From: Akkermansiaceae bacterium
GTDB taxonomy: Bacteria > Verrucomicrobiota > Verrucomicrobiia > Verrucomicrobiales > Akkermansiaceae
Direction of reading: 5' to 3'
Assembly: GCA_051251915.1 (NCBI GenBank)
Contig: JBPOGF010000001.1
Span: 352,001-416,000 of the forward strand
Length of the DNA stretch: 64,000 nucleotides
Under the pieces are notes generated by a model. The model was not told where the DNA came from. It saw only the letters and a list, made by a program, of their open reading frames with translations, and searched no databases. Each line of letters starts with the position of its first letter. Within the stretch, counting starts at the first letter, position 1. Made by a program: the position numbers and the translations under genes. This document shows, piece after piece, positions 20,441 through 32,200 of this stretch.

Positions 20441-21205
20441 ATGAACGATGCTGTGAGAACTGAGCCTGTAATTTATTCGTGTAGAGAGATAGAGAGGGCT
20501 TGGTGGAAGAAGTTCAGTGTGCGTAAGCCTGGGGTGGATGTGTTGACTGGGGCTTGTTTGTTGATGGTGCTGATGCATTTATTTATTGTTCTTAGTGGGG
20601 GAGTGTATGCTCATGAGGGTATTTATAATCGGTGGTTGGGGCTGAGGGCTGAGGGGTTACTTGGGGGTAAGGTTTGGCAGTTGGTTAGTTATAGTTTTTT
20701 GCATGGGAGTTGGTTTCATTTACTGACTAATTTGGTGATGATTTGGTTGATTGGTGGGAGGCTGATGACGATTTTGGATCAGAAGAAGGTAGGGTTGTGT
20801 TTGTTGTTAGGTAGTGTGGTGGGTGGGTTGTTTTTTGTGGGGTTTGATCTGTGGAGTGGTCAGGGGGCTTTCTTGGTGGGGTCTTCTGGTTCTGCTTTTG
20901 CGTTGTTTATTCTGATGGCTTGTTTGTCACCGGAGGCGAAGATGATACCGATTCCGGTGCGGGCTAAGAATATGGCTGTGGGGTTGCTGGTGGGGTCATT
21001 GATTCTGTGTTTGGCACATCCGGGGATTGATTTGCCGGTGTTTGGGGTGATTGGGGCTTGGATTGTGGAGGTGGGGTTGACTTCGGTTTTTCAGGTGGCG
21101 CATGGGTGTCATTTGGGTGGGGGGCTTGCGGGGCTTTGGCTTTCGAGTCGTTTTATGGGGAAAATGATCTCTTTAGAGGATTTGAAACGGAGCAGGATTC
21201 ATTAA
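20441..21205 (+). CDS. Rhomboid-family intramembrane serine protease
   Basis: WQLVSYSFLH..WFHLL.N, GSSG (Ser), AH..HLGG (His). Confidence 0.9.
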   Translation: MNDAVRTEPVIYSCREIERAWWKKFSVRKPGVDVLTGACLLMVLMHLFIVLSGGVYAHEGIYNRWLGLRAEGLLGGKVWQLVSYSFLHGSWFHLLTNLVMIWLIGGRLMTILDQKKVGLCLLLGSVVGGLFFVGFDLWSGQGAFLVGSSGSAFALFILMACLSPEAKMIPIPVRAKNMAVGLLVGSLILCLAHPGIDLPVFGVIGAWIVEVGLTSVFQVAHGCHLGGGLAGLWLSSRFMGKMISLEDLKRSRIH

Positions 21206-21263
21206 GGTTTTATTAGGAGTTACGATTTCTTTGAATATTTTTCTAAGGAATTTTCGTTTCAAG

Positions 21264-21289
21264 TGTCACAATAGTAACAGGGACTCGTC
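21264..21289 (+). promoter_or_regulatory. Candidate ECF-type promoter (TGTCACA-N15-CGTC)
   Basis: Resembles the ECF41-type TGTCACA/CGTC elements; lies just upstream of an ECF sigma gene. Confidence 0.55.
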
Positions 21290-21331
21290 AATACTGACTG
21301 ACGGGTGTCTTTCGACACCACTGGATAATCC

Positions 21332-21877
21332 GTGAAAAATGTAATGAAAATATCTGAGACTGATACTAGGACTGCTGCTGAGAGAGGCGGGCAGTCTATA
21401 GAGGAGGTCTTTGATGCGGAGGAGTCTGCGTTGCTGAAGTTTGCGTATGGGTACGTGAAGCGGCGGGAGGTGGCTGAGGAGGTGGTGCAGGATGCGTTCT
21501 TAAAATTACATGAGCAGTGGGATGAGGTGGAGAGGGCTAGGCCGTGGTTGTATAAGGCGGTGAGGAATATTTCGCTGAATTATATACGCAAGGCGAAGCG
21601 GGAGACGCTGACGGATGATGCGGGGTCTGAGGTGCTGGATGGTGGGGCGGATGAGCAGGTGGGGAGGTTGGAGGCGGTGCTTATGATGCGGTTGTTGATG
21701 GATGATCTGGGGGAGAGGGATAGGGAGCTGGTGAGGTTGAAGTTTGAGGAGGATAGGAGTTATAGCGATATTGGTGAGAGGTTGGAGATGGGGGTGGGGA
21801 ATGTGGGGTATCGGTTGCATTTTGTTTTGAAGGGCTTGGCTGAAGGGCTGAGGAGGAAGGGGATAGATGGGTGGTAG
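21332..21877 (+). CDS. ECF sigma-70 factor
   Basis: AEEVVQDAFLKL, WLY.AVRN, region 4 SYSDIG.RL...VGNV; alternative start ATG 21344. Confidence 0.92.
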   Translation: MKNVMKISETDTRTAAERGGQSIEEVFDAEESALLKFAYGYVKRREVAEEVVQDAFLKLHEQWDEVERARPWLYKAVRNISLNYIRKAKRETLTDDAGSEVLDGGADEQVGRLEAVLMMRLLMDDLGERDRELVRLKFEEDRSYSDIGERLEMGVGNVGYRLHFVLKGLAEGLRRKGIDGW

Positions 21878-21879
21878 TT

Positions 21880-21913
21880 AATTATGAATTATGAATTTTG
21901 AATTGTGAATAGG
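21880..21913. repeat. Heptamer tandem array (aattatg)
   Basis: aattatg aattatg aattttg aattgtg. Confidence 0.8.
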
Positions 21914-21930
21914 TTAAAGGAAAGTTTGGT

Positions 21931-24900
21931 ATGAAAGATAAGAATGATAATGAGATTGGGGTTTGGAATGATCCGGAGTTGGAGGCGCGCCTGGTGGCGA
22001 TGCTGATGGGGGAGCTTAGTGCTTATGAGGAGGCGGAGATGGAGGAGGAGCTGAAAGGGAGTCCTGAGTTAAGGTTTTTTAGGGATCGGATGGAGGAGGT
22101 GATGGGGTTGATTTCTGAGGTGGGGGAGCAGGTTGAGGATGAGGGTGGCGATGATGAGTGGAAGATGGATGGTGAGCGTAGGGGGGGACTGTTAGAGAAA
22201 ATTTCTAGTGAGGAAGCTGTGGAGGCTGAGAGGGTGGAGGTTGTGGGTGGAGGTGTGCAGTGGAGGAATTTGCTTAGTGTGGCTGCGTGTTTGTTGATAT
22301 CGGTAGGGGCGTTTGTGATGATGTTTTTGAGGCGGGGTGAGGTGTATAGGAATCAGGAGGAGTTGATTACTTATTCTGTCTTTTCAGAGGAGGAAGAGGA
22401 AATAGTGAAGCCTGTGCTGGGTGAAAATGCTTGGGCTTTTAGTCAGAGTAAGGAGAAGGAAGATTTGGTAGCGACGCGAGAAGTTAAAGGAAAGAGGCGT
22501 GAGTTTCTCTATCCTACTGAGTATGAATTTGATGAAGAAAAGATTACTAAACCTGAGATGAGTAATGAGGCTCCGCAGAGGCCTAGTGCACCTGGGTCTA
22601 GTATGGCTAAGGTTATAGCTGCGAGTCCAGGTGCTGCTGTGAATATTCCGGTTCCAGATGAAATGGTGGGTGAGCCTAGTTTGGGGTTTGGGGATGGGGG
22701 TGATTTTGGTGATGGTTGGGGTGGTTTTTCTGGTGGGGGATCAAAGGGACGTGAGGAAGGGAAGCAGTTAGGGATGTTAACAAAATACTCTGAAATTAAG
22801 CAGTCTAATACTGATGAGTTGGGGTTTGATTGGGTAGTTGAGCCATTTAATGCGAATTCAACGAGACGAGAGGCGTGGAGTGGTTCTTTGGAGAAGGACG
22901 GTATGGCTAAGAGTGGAGGCTTACTTTCGGTGACTGGTGTTTTTAAGACAGATAAGCTAGATTTAAAAAATACGGATAGTTACGCAGCCTGGGATGGTGG
23001 TGAATTTAATAAGTCTAATATAGTTGCTGGGGGGAATCGATCTGGTGATTATGCAATTAATGGAGCTGATATTGATGGTGTTCTTAATGGAATAGTGACG
23101 GGTGGAGCTACATTAGATTTGGCTGAAAGGTATTCGGGTGGTAAAGATGATTCTAGGAAGTTAAGTTTGGGGTCGTTTCCTAAAACTCTAGATAACTTAG
23201 ATGGCGGGAAGGGAAAACTTTTTCGATCTGGAGGTTTAGATGATAAGGATGAGTTAGCGAAGATTGATTATAAACGTACTAGGATGCTTATGAATGTGGA
23301 TGCCTTTGGTATTAATGAGGCTAAGGACTCATCACTACTAGTTCGTGAGAAGTTGGCGGATATTAAGTTGCCTTTGATGGAATTTGATGAGGATGCGACG
23401 GTGAAGGATGCGATTAATTTTCTTAGTTCACGGGCGAAGGAGTTAGATGGTAATACGTTAGATCCTAGTAAGAAGGGGATGGATTTTGCTTTTCGTGATG
23501 CTGCTGAGGTTGATGGGGGTGAGTTGGTAGAGGCTGGGAAGATTGAGGATATTAAGCTTGGTGGGTTGAAGATAAGGGATGTTCCTATGGATGAGGCTTT
23601 GAGGCAGATAGCTCAACAGACTGGTCTGCGTTATAAGGTGGAGGAAGGGGTGGTGACGTTGTTAAAGGCTACTGATGTGGATGATAATGAGATGTATGCG
23701 AGGACGTTTAGGGTTCCTGAGGGTATGGTGGATGCTCTGAAAGCTACTATGGACGACGGAGCAGGGTTAGATGATGATCCATTTGCAGGTGAAGATATTT
23801 CTCTTGAAAAGGCGAGTGTTAAAGATCTGTTAGAGATGCAAGGGATCAGGTTTCCTGAGGGGACGACTGTTGGGTATAGTAAGGATAGGGGGACGTTGAC
23901 TGTTAGAAATACGGCTGAAGGTTTGGATCAGGTAGAGGAATTAGTGGAAATGGTTAAGAAGGAGGAGCAAGGTAAGGTGTTGTATGGATTTGAGGTCAAA
24001 GATGCTAGTGCCTTGTTGCCAAGTTTGGATGTGGAGGGGAAAGGAAAGGTTGCTGAACAGGGAAATGATGTTTGGGAGGAGGCTATTCCGGCTGTGGAGG
24101 AGAAGAAGTATTATTTTGGTAGGAAAACTAATGCGCTACGAGTTGGGGGGGGAGATGCTCCGGAGGTGATGTTGACTAAAGAAGAGTATGATGCTCGGAG
24201 GTTGGCGGCGATTGAGGAATTTAAGGAGAAGAGAAGGGAGCAGGAGGATAAGGTGGAGGATCATAGGACTCGGTTGTATGCGCTGAGTAAGAAGTTGCAG
24301 ATTCCTTATCATGGGAAGGATGGGAGGTTTTTTGCTGGGAGAGGAGATAGGGATGCTAGGGAGTATGATAGGGCGGATCAGGCTTATGAGGAGGCTAAGC
24401 GGACTAAGGATCAGTTAGAGTCATTTACGGAGTCTTTGGAGGGCTTGAGTGGTGAGGACTTGGCTGTGACTTTGATGGCATCTGGGAGACCTGAGGCGGC
24501 GGTTTTGAGGGCTGATTATGATGAAATTTCTAGATTGAAGCAGGCTAAGAGTGTGGCTGTAGCTGGTGGATTAGCGACGGGTCATGATAGAGTTCAGAGT
24601 CTTGATGCTAATATTAAGGAGGTAGAGGAGCGGCTTGAGAGAAGTCAGGTCAATGTGAGGAAGAAGCTGAAAGAGGATCTTGTTGTGTTTGGGAAGAATG
24701 TTGAGAAGTTACGGATTGATAGTGATAAGGAGGTTGGTGACTTGATGGTTGGTGCGGAGGAGAAGACTCGGTTTGGGAAGGTGAGGGAGGATTATGAGCG
24801 TGAGTTGGCTGTTTTGGAGGCGATTAAAGGGGCTGAGTTTAATGAGCTGCTTGGTGAGAATTTAGATAGGTATCCGGTTGAAGTAGAGAAGAAGGTTGAT

Positions 24901-26238
24901 CCGGATTTTAGTAAGGAGATTTCTGCTGCTGTGCAGACGCATTCTACGTTTTCTTTGAATGTGAGTGATGTGAGTTATCAGTTGGCTAAGGATGTTTTGT
25001 TAGAGAAGGGTGGGATACCTGATGGGGATAAGGTGAGGGTGGAGGAGTTTGTGAATGCGTTTGATTATGGTGATCCGGGGGTTTCTAGTGCGAGTGGTAG
25101 TGGAGGGAAGGTGAATTGTGTGGTGGAGCAGTGTGCGCATCCGTTTTATCAGCAGCGGAATTTGGTGAGGCTGGGGGTAAAGACTGGGGCTATTGGGCGG
25201 TCGCTGCCGTTGAGGTTGACTGTTTTGTTAGATAATTCAGGGTCGATGGAGAGGGCTGATAGGAAGGCGACTGTGCTGAAGGCTGTGGAGGCGTTGGCTC
25301 GTGAGTTGGGGCCTGAGGATGAGGTGACATTGTTGAGTTTTGCGCGTGGTGCTAGGTTGGTGGCGCAGCGGGTGAAGGGTGATGAGGCGATGAAGTTGGT
25401 GGGGCTTGTTAGGGGGATTCCGTCTGAGGGTGGGACGAATTTGAGTAGGTCTATTGAGGAGGCTTATGCGATTGCTAAGGAGGGTGTGAAGGAGGGGAGT
25501 ATGAGTAGGATTGTGTTGATTACTGATGGGGCGGCGAATTTGGGGAATGCGGATCCGGAGGAGTTGTCTAAGAGTGTGGAGCGGATGCGACAGCAGGGGA
25601 TAGCGTTTGATGCTTGTGGTGTGGGGGCTGATGGTCTGGATGATGATATGCTGGAGGCGCTGACGCGTAAGGGTGACGGGAGGTATTATTTTATTAATAA
25701 GCCTGAGGATGCTGATGCGGGGTTTGCGCAGAAGTTGGCTGGGGCTTTACGTCCGGCGGCACAGAATGTGAAGGTGCAGGTGGTGTTTAATCCGGAGCGT
25801 GTGGGGAATTATCGGTTGGTGGGATTTGAGAAACATAGGCTGAAGAAGCAGGACTTTAGGAATGATGCTGTGGATGCGGCGGAGATGGCTGCTGAGGAGG
25901 CTGGGAATGCGTTGTATCAGGTGGAGGCGCGGGCTGATGGGAGTGGTGATGTAGGGACTGTGTTTGTGAGGTTTAGGGATATGGCTAGTGGGGAGATGGT
26001 GGAGCGTAGCTGGGTGATTCCTTATGAGGGGAATGCGGCGAGTGTGAGTGATGCGGCGGCTTCGATGCAGTTGGCGGCGGTGGCTGGGATGCTGGGTGAG
26101 CGGTTGAAGTTTGGCGCTGATGCGGGGATAGATTTGAAGGATATGCGGGATATTTATGGGAAGCTTAGGGGGAATTTCCAGGCTGATGAGGAGGTGCAGA
26201 ATTTAATTAGAATGTGTGAGAAGGTTATTGGTTATTAG
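21931..26238 (+). CDS. Membrane-anchored anti-sigma-like protein with STN/secretin-N-like segment, coiled coil, vWA and DUF3520 (YfbK-like) C-terminus
   Basis: N-terminal LEARLVAML.GELS plus TM; STFSLNVSDVSY and VRVEEFVNAFDY; MIDAS DNSGSM, GGTNL, ITDG; YRLVGFEKHRL...FRND.VDAAE. Confidence 0.88.
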   Translation: MKDKNDNEIGVWNDPELEARLVAMLMGELSAYEEAEMEEELKGSPELRFFRDRMEEVMGLISEVGEQVEDEGGDDEWKMDGERRGGLLEKISSEEAVEAERVEVVGGGVQWRNLLSVAACLLISVGAFVMMFLRRGEVYRNQEELITYSVFSEEEEEIVKPVLGENAWAFSQSKEKEDLVATREVKGKRREFLYPTEYEFDEEKITKPEMSNEAPQRPSAPGSSMAKVIAASPGAAVNIPVPDEMVGEPSLGFGDGGDFGDGWGGFSGGGSKGREEGKQLGMLTKYSEIKQSNTDELGFDWVVEPFNANSTRREAWSGSLEKDGMAKSGGLLSVTGVFKTDKLDLKNTDSYAAWDGGEFNKSNIVAGGNRSGDYAINGADIDGVLNGIVTGGATLDLAERYSGGKDDSRKLSLGSFPKTLDNLDGGKGKLFRSGGLDDKDELAKIDYKRTRMLMNVDAFGINEAKDSSLLVREKLADIKLPLMEFDEDATVKDAINFLSSRAKELDGNTLDPSKKGMDFAFRDAAEVDGGELVEAGKIEDIKLGGLKIRDVPMDEALRQIAQQTGLRYKVEEGVVTLLKATDVDDNEMYARTFRVPEGMVDALKATMDDGAGLDDDPFAGEDISLEKASVKDLLEMQGIRFPEGTTVGYSKDRGTLTVRNTAEGLDQVEELVEMVKKEEQGKVLYGFEVKDASALLPSLDVEGKGKVAEQGNDVWEEAIPAVEEKKYYFGRKTNALRVGGGDAPEVMLTKEEYDARRLAAIEEFKEKRREQEDKVEDHRTRLYALSKKLQIPYHGKDGRFFAGRGDRDAREYDRADQAYEEAKRTKDQLESFTESLEGLSGEDLAVTLMASGRPEAAVLRADYDEISRLKQAKSVAVAGGLATGHDRVQSLDANIKEVEERLERSQVNVRKKLKEDLVVFGKNVEKLRIDSDKEVGDLMVGAEEKTRFGKVREDYERELAVLEAIKGAEFNELLGENLDRYPVEVEKKVDPDFSKEISAAVQTHSTFSLNVSDVSYQLAKDVLLEKGGIPDGDKVRVEEFVNAFDYGDPGVSSASGSGGKVNCVVEQCAHPFYQQRNLVRLGVKTGAIGRSLPLRLTVLLDNSGSMERADRKATVLKAVEALARELGPEDEVTLLSFARGARLVAQRVKGDEAMKLVGLVRGIPSEGGTNLSRSIEEAYAIAKEGVKEGSMSRIVLITDGAANLGNADPEELSKSVERMRQQGIAFDACGVGADGLDDDMLEALTRKGDGRYYFINKPEDADAGFAQKLAGALRPAAQNVKVQVVFNPERVGNYRLVGFEKHRLKKQDFRNDAVDAAEMAAEEAGNALYQVEARADGSGDVGTVFVRFRDMASGEMVERSWVIPYEGNAASVSDAAASMQLAAVAGMLGERLKFGADAGIDLKDMRDIYGKLRGNFQADEEVQNLIRMCEKVIGY

Positions 26239-26258
26239 TTATTGGTTATTAGTGAATA
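26224..26258. repeat. Heptamer tandem array (gttattR) overlapping the stop codon
   Basis: gttattg gttatta gttattg gttatta gtgaata. Confidence 0.8.
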
Positions 26259-26271
26259 GAGAAATTATATT

Positions 26272-29200
26272 ATGAAGATGAAAATGAAATTTGTGGGTGT
26301 TGTTGTTGGGCTTGTGATGAGTTTATTTGGTGGGGCGTTAGGGCAGGTTGCTCAGGATGAGGTGAAGGCTACTTTGCGGGCTGGTGGTGATGGGGGTGGT
26401 GGGGCTTTGATAGTGGAGGCGCGAGGGGTGCCGGCTAAGGCTCCGTTGTTTTTTACGGCTAGTTCTGAGCAGGTGGTGACGGTGACTTCGGATGCTGTTA
26501 GGCAGAGTGTTTCTTTGCATTATAAGAAGTTGCAGGGGGAGGATGAGGTGATGAGCTTGGTGTTGAATCATAAGGTGGATGTTAAGTCTGTTAGAGGGAA
26601 GGGGCTGAAGGAGTGGTCTGTGAGAGAGGTGGATGGGGTGCATTATTTGGATGTTAGGATGACAAATCCTAAGGCTGAGGAGCTGAAGTTGGTGATGGAG
26701 GCGGAGTTGTTGTTAGATGGTGGGGAGACGAAGCCTGTGGTGCGTTTGATGACTTTGGGGATTCCAGAGGGTAATGGTGCGGGGTTTAGTGAGGCGATTA
26801 CGATTATTAAGAAGGGTGTGCAGGTGAATGTGACGAAGGCATTTGGGTGTGTGGCGGCTAAGCCTTTGTTGCCGAATTCGATTGTGTTTCTGAGTAATGA
26901 GGAGGCGGATATAGAGTTGAGTATTCTGAAGTATGAGGGGGATTATGCGGGGATAGATCTGAGGGGTGTTTCTCTGAAGGGGAGGGTGGATGCTGATGGG
27001 GAGTCTGCGGTTGTTAGGCTTCGTGGTGAGCTGCATGTTAGGGAGGTGAGTGAGGAGCCGTTTTACCTGTTGAGGGGGAAGGTGGCGTTGACTCGTGTGC
27101 CGGAGGTGGGTTTATTTGGGGGGAAGTTAGAGATTAGGAGTGGTAAGACGGGGATGCATTATGGGGTTGTTTGTAAGCGGGTGGGGGTATATCCGATTGA
27201 TTTGGAGTTTGCGGTTCCTATAAGTAGTGGGACTGGGTGGGATACGATGAACTTTGTGGTGCCGAATGGGGCGGTGGTTCCTTTGGAGATTTCGGAGTTG
27301 GATGGGGAGATTGAGTTTCGTGATGACCGGTCTACGAATATGGATTTTAAGGATGAATTGTCATTGTGGCGGGGTGTGTTACCGGCTTCTGGGTTGTGTG
27401 ATTTGCAGTGGAGGACTAAGTCTAGGGCGGGTGATGGGGAGTTGTTTTATACGTCACATGGGGTTTCTGAGATTAGTATTGGTTCTGGGTTGATGCATGC
27501 GGTTTCTACGGTGACGTTTAAGGTGCTGCAGGGGAAGATGGGTAAGGTGGAATTTGATATGGCTGGGGCTGGTGAGGTGGTGTCTGTGGTGGGGTCTCAG
27601 GTGGGGAGCTGGAAGGTGACTGAGGTTGCTGGAAAGCGGGTGTTGGAGTGTGAGTTGAAGGCTGAGACCAGTGATGTGAGTTATGTGCGGGTGGCTTCTC
27701 AGCTTCCTTTGGGGAAATTTCCTACTAAGGTGGAGCCTCTGAGTCTGACTCCGCGTGGGACGATGCGGCATTCTGGTTTTGTGAGAGTTTCTAACAGTGG
27801 GGCTGTGAGGGTGGAGACTAGTGTGACTGAGGGGCTGATGCAGCTGTCGCCGGATAAGTTTCCTAGTAGTGGAGCTAAGGTTAAGGGGAGTCAGCAGTTT
27901 GTGTATCGTTATCCTTCTGCGGATAGGAGGCTGATAGTGTCGGCGGATCAGATTATTTCTGAGGTGTCGGTGAGTCATATTACGACTTATGAGATGAGTG
28001 AGACGGATAGGGTGATAGAGGCTGATGTGGAGATAGATATTAGTGAGGCGAGGTTACGGGAGTGGAGTTTTATGATTCCGGCTGAGTATTCGGTTTCTGG
28101 GGTGAGTAGTGCGAATATGGTGGATCATGTGGTGAGTACGACGGTGGAGAATGGGATGAGGTCGTTGAAGGTTTTGTTTGGTGGTGAGGTTATTGGGCGT
28201 CAGTTGATACGGGTTCGTTTAGAGAAGAATATGAGTGCGGCTGAGGGTGAGTGGAGTTTGCCGGTGTTGGCGTTTCCTGGGGTGAAGAGTGTGCGTGGGG
28301 ATATTGGGATTTTGTCTGTTAGTGGGTGGAAGATGAAGCCGGTGGAGGGGTCTGTGGAGAGTCTGGATGAGCGTCCGTTGGCCTATTTTCCGAAGAGTAA
28401 TGCGGTGGGTGATAGGTTGCAGCATGCTTATAGGACAAGGTCTGGTGAGTGGGGTGTAAGGTTGGAGATTAGTGCGATGGGGCAGTCGATACAGAGTGAT
28501 TTGTTGCATTTGTATCATTTGAAGGAGGGGATTATGGAGGCGAAGGTTTTGGCTTATTATTTTGTGATAGGTGCGCCTGCGAATGAGTGGAAATTACAGC
28601 TTCCTGGGAGTGCTGAGAATGTGTCTGTGGAGGGGCAGAATGTGCGGACTTGGCATCAGGATGGGGAGGTTCTCATCGTGACGCTGAACCAGCCGGTGTT
28701 GGGTGGGGCTAAGCTGTTGGTGACTTATGAGGAGCCGATGAATGCTAGTGGGGGGAGGATCAATATAGGGTCTGTGACGCCGCTTGGGGTGCAGTCTGAG
28801 TCTGGGTATATTCATTTGGTAAGTAGTCATCAGGTGAAGGTGAGTGAGGTGGATAAGAGTGAGGGGTTGCTTAGGATTAGCCCGTTGGAGATGCCTTCTG
28901 AGCATCAGGTTTTGACTTCTGTTCCATCGGTGGAGGCTTGGCAGTATGCGAGTAGGCCGTTTGGGCTGTCGTTGACAGTGGAGACGTTGGAGTTGGTGAA
29001 ATCTCTGAGTCAGGCGGTGGGTGCGGCTTCGCTGAATACTAGGGTGACTAGTGCGGGTGAGGTGGTGACGAATGCTACGTTTTTGGTGAATACTAGAGGG
29101 AAGAAGGCGCTTAAGATGAAGTTGCCTGAGGGGAATAGGTTATGGACGGCGAAGGCTGATGGGGAGCTGATCAATGCGCGGATCGATGGTGATGAGTTGA

Positions 29201-32200
29201 TTTTGCCGCTTCCGGCGACTAAGGATGCGAATAGGTATAGGGAGCTGGAGATACGGTATGGTGGGACTTCTGAGGATCCGAGGAAGGTGAGTGTGGGGCC
29301 TCCGGTGTTGTCTGCTCCGTTGACGATAGCTGAGTGGAAGGTGAGTGGTGATAATCATTTGACTCCGATTGGGGGGAATGTGAAGCCGTTGCAGATGGTG
29401 GTGTCTAGGAATGGGTTTGATCAGTTGGCGAATGAGTATCGGTTGTTGGCTGGGGTTATGTTTTTGATGCTTGGGGGGATATTTCTTTTGAGGAGTGAGG
29501 TTAGGGATCGGTGGTTGATTTTGTTTGGGAATCTTTGGTTGGTTGCGACGGTTGTTTGCTGTTTAATTTTTGGTGGCAATTCGATTGATACGGATGTGGC
29601 TAGTTTTAAGGAATTTGATGTGGTGGCTCCGGTGGTGGGTGAGCAGGAGGTGGTGATGCTGGAGTTGGCTAATGATAGTTCTGCGCCTAGTAGTTTGTCT
29701 GGGGTTGGGGTTTTCTTGATGCTTGCGGGTGTGGGGTTGTTAGTGGTGGGGATGGTGAGGGAGGAGCTAGCTACGACGTTGGTGAGGGCTTCGGCGGTGT
29801 TTGTGTTGTTGTTGGGGTGCTTGATGCATGTGGGAGGGGCTGCTTATTTCTATTTTGTGATAGGGATCTTTGCGGCGTTGTTGCTGATGAGGGGGATTCC
29901 GAAGTTGTTGGGGCAGTGGAATTTTGAGTCTAAGTCTAAGAAATCTGTTACGGTTGTGGGCTTGTTGTTGGTGAGTTTTATGGGGTTGATGAGTGATGTT
30001 AGCGCGGCTGATGGGGTTGCGGATTCTATGGTGGAGAGTTGGGATGTGAGTGAGGGAAAACTTAGTTCTGAGTTACAGGTTGTCTGGAATGCGGAGGAGG
30101 GGCAATCGCTTCAGGTGCTGCGTGCGCCGGCGGTTTTGTTAGGTGCTGAGGGGGATGGGTTTAGAGTGATCAAGGTGAAGGAAAAGGTGGATGGGGCGAT
30201 GGTTTGGAAGTTGATAGCTGAGGAGAGTGGTGAGATAAGGGCGGATGTTAGGTATGAGATGTCATTTAAAGATATGGCGGAGTTGGCGGTGAATGTGCCT
30301 AGTGGGCAGGCTGGTGTGAAGTCGCTGGAGGTGGTGGTGGATCAGGCTGGGTGGAAGATTAGTTCTGCGGAGGCGGTGCGGTCTGAGGATTTGTTAGATG
30401 TGGGTGAAGGAGCTAGTGGGCAGCGGTTGACATTGTTGGGGATGGCGAATGCAACGGTGATGCTGAAGCCGATGCCGCGAGATAGGAGTAAGGAGAAGTT
30501 GAGGTTTTTGGCGGAGGTTGCGGATGTTTATGTGCCTGCTCCTGGGGTGCTGGATGGGCGGCATAAGTTGAAGATTAAGCCGTTGGATGGTGAGGTGAAG
30601 GAGCTGACTGTGGAGATTCCTGATGGGTTGATGGTGGGGAATGTGGTAGGTGGGGCTCTGGATAGCTGGAGGTTTGATGCGGGGCAGAAGGTGTTGACGG
30701 TGACGATGAAGAGGGCGTTGGTGCAGGATTTTGAGTTGATGATAATGACTCAGCGTGGGGTGAAGGCTTACCCGCAGGACCTGGTGTTGGAGTCGGTGGT
30801 GGTGCGAGGGGCTGCGACTACGGTGGGTGCTATTGGGTATGGGTTTGGGGAGGATTCTCAGCCGGATAATGCGAAGGTTGTGGATTTGTTAGAGATTAAT
30901 ATTACTGATTTTGATAGTGATTTGCTGAGGGCTGCGCGTGATGTGCAGGCTAGGTTTGTGCTGCATAAGGCCTACCGGTATGGGGAAAAGCGTGGGAAGA
31001 TAGATCTGAGGGTGGCGGCTGTTTCTCCGGAGATAAGGGTGCAGACTCAGCAGACGATTCGGTTGACGGATGAGCGGATGTCATTGCAGGTGCAGGCGAT
31101 GGTGAATATTACGCGGGCTGGGGTGTTTGAGCTGAAATTTTATGTTCCTGAGGGTTTGGATGTGGAGGCTATCAATAGTCCTGCGCTGCGTGACTGGAGT
31201 GTGGTGGATGTGAATGGGAGGCGGCTTGCTACGATGTTTTTGAATGGGAAGACGATGGGTGAGCATGGGTTTGCGATTACTTTGCTGGGGGATGCTCCTG
31301 AGGTTGATCCGGGTGTGGAGGCTGATGTTTGGGGGGTGCCTCGTTGGTTGTTAGAGGGGGTGAGTAGGCAGCGTGGGGTTTTGACGTTGGTGCCTGATCA
31401 TGGGATTCGGTTGCGGGTGGCTGAGAGGCAGCATGCTTCTCAGGTGGATAGTAAGGGTAATGTTGGTGAGAATAAGGGGTCATTGGCGTTTAGATTGCTT
31501 CAGAAGGACTGGAAGATATCGCTTAATGTGGAGCAGCTGGATCCTTGGATTACGGCGGAGATTTTACAGCAGGTGAATGTGCGTGAGGGGTTGACGAAGC
31601 ATTGGATGAATTTGCATTTCCATGTGGATCATGCGGTGGTGAAGCAGTTTCAGGTTCGGATTCCTGGGGTGGGTGTGGAGCAGAGTAATCAGTTGCGGGC
31701 AAGTGGGCCAGCGGTGAAGGAGATTGTGCATGTTGAGGGGGATGTTTGGCAGGTGAATTTGAGGCGAGGGGTGATAGGTGATGTTCCGGTGCAGATTGGG
31801 TATCAGGAGTTGAAGTTGCGTGATGGGGATGTGGAAGTGATCTCTCCGGTGCAGTTGTTAGATACGAAGCAGACGACTCATTATGTGGCTGTGCGTGCAC
31901 CTGGTCAGCTGGAGTTGAGTGCGGCTGAGCTGCGTGAGTGGCGAGGTTTTGACTGGGGGAATGTGCCTGGGAAGTTGTATAATATTTCAGATAGGAGTGA
32001 GCCTAGTCTTTGCTATAGGGTGATGGATGCGGGGGTGAATATGGATCTGGGAGTGAAGCGTCATTCTATGGCAGGGACGCTGAAGTTACGTGTGGAGAGT
32101 GGGGAGATGCGGACGATGTTTAGTGCTGATGGTAGTGCGCTGAGTAGGCTGAGTCTGGCTGTGAATGTGGCGGAGAAGTCTAGTTTGAGAATTTCACTGC

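Noticed and set aside
21931..26238. Annotation as a functional secretin or Wzc kinase
   Set aside because: No continuous secretin barrel and no tyrosine-kinase Walker motifs; only fragments
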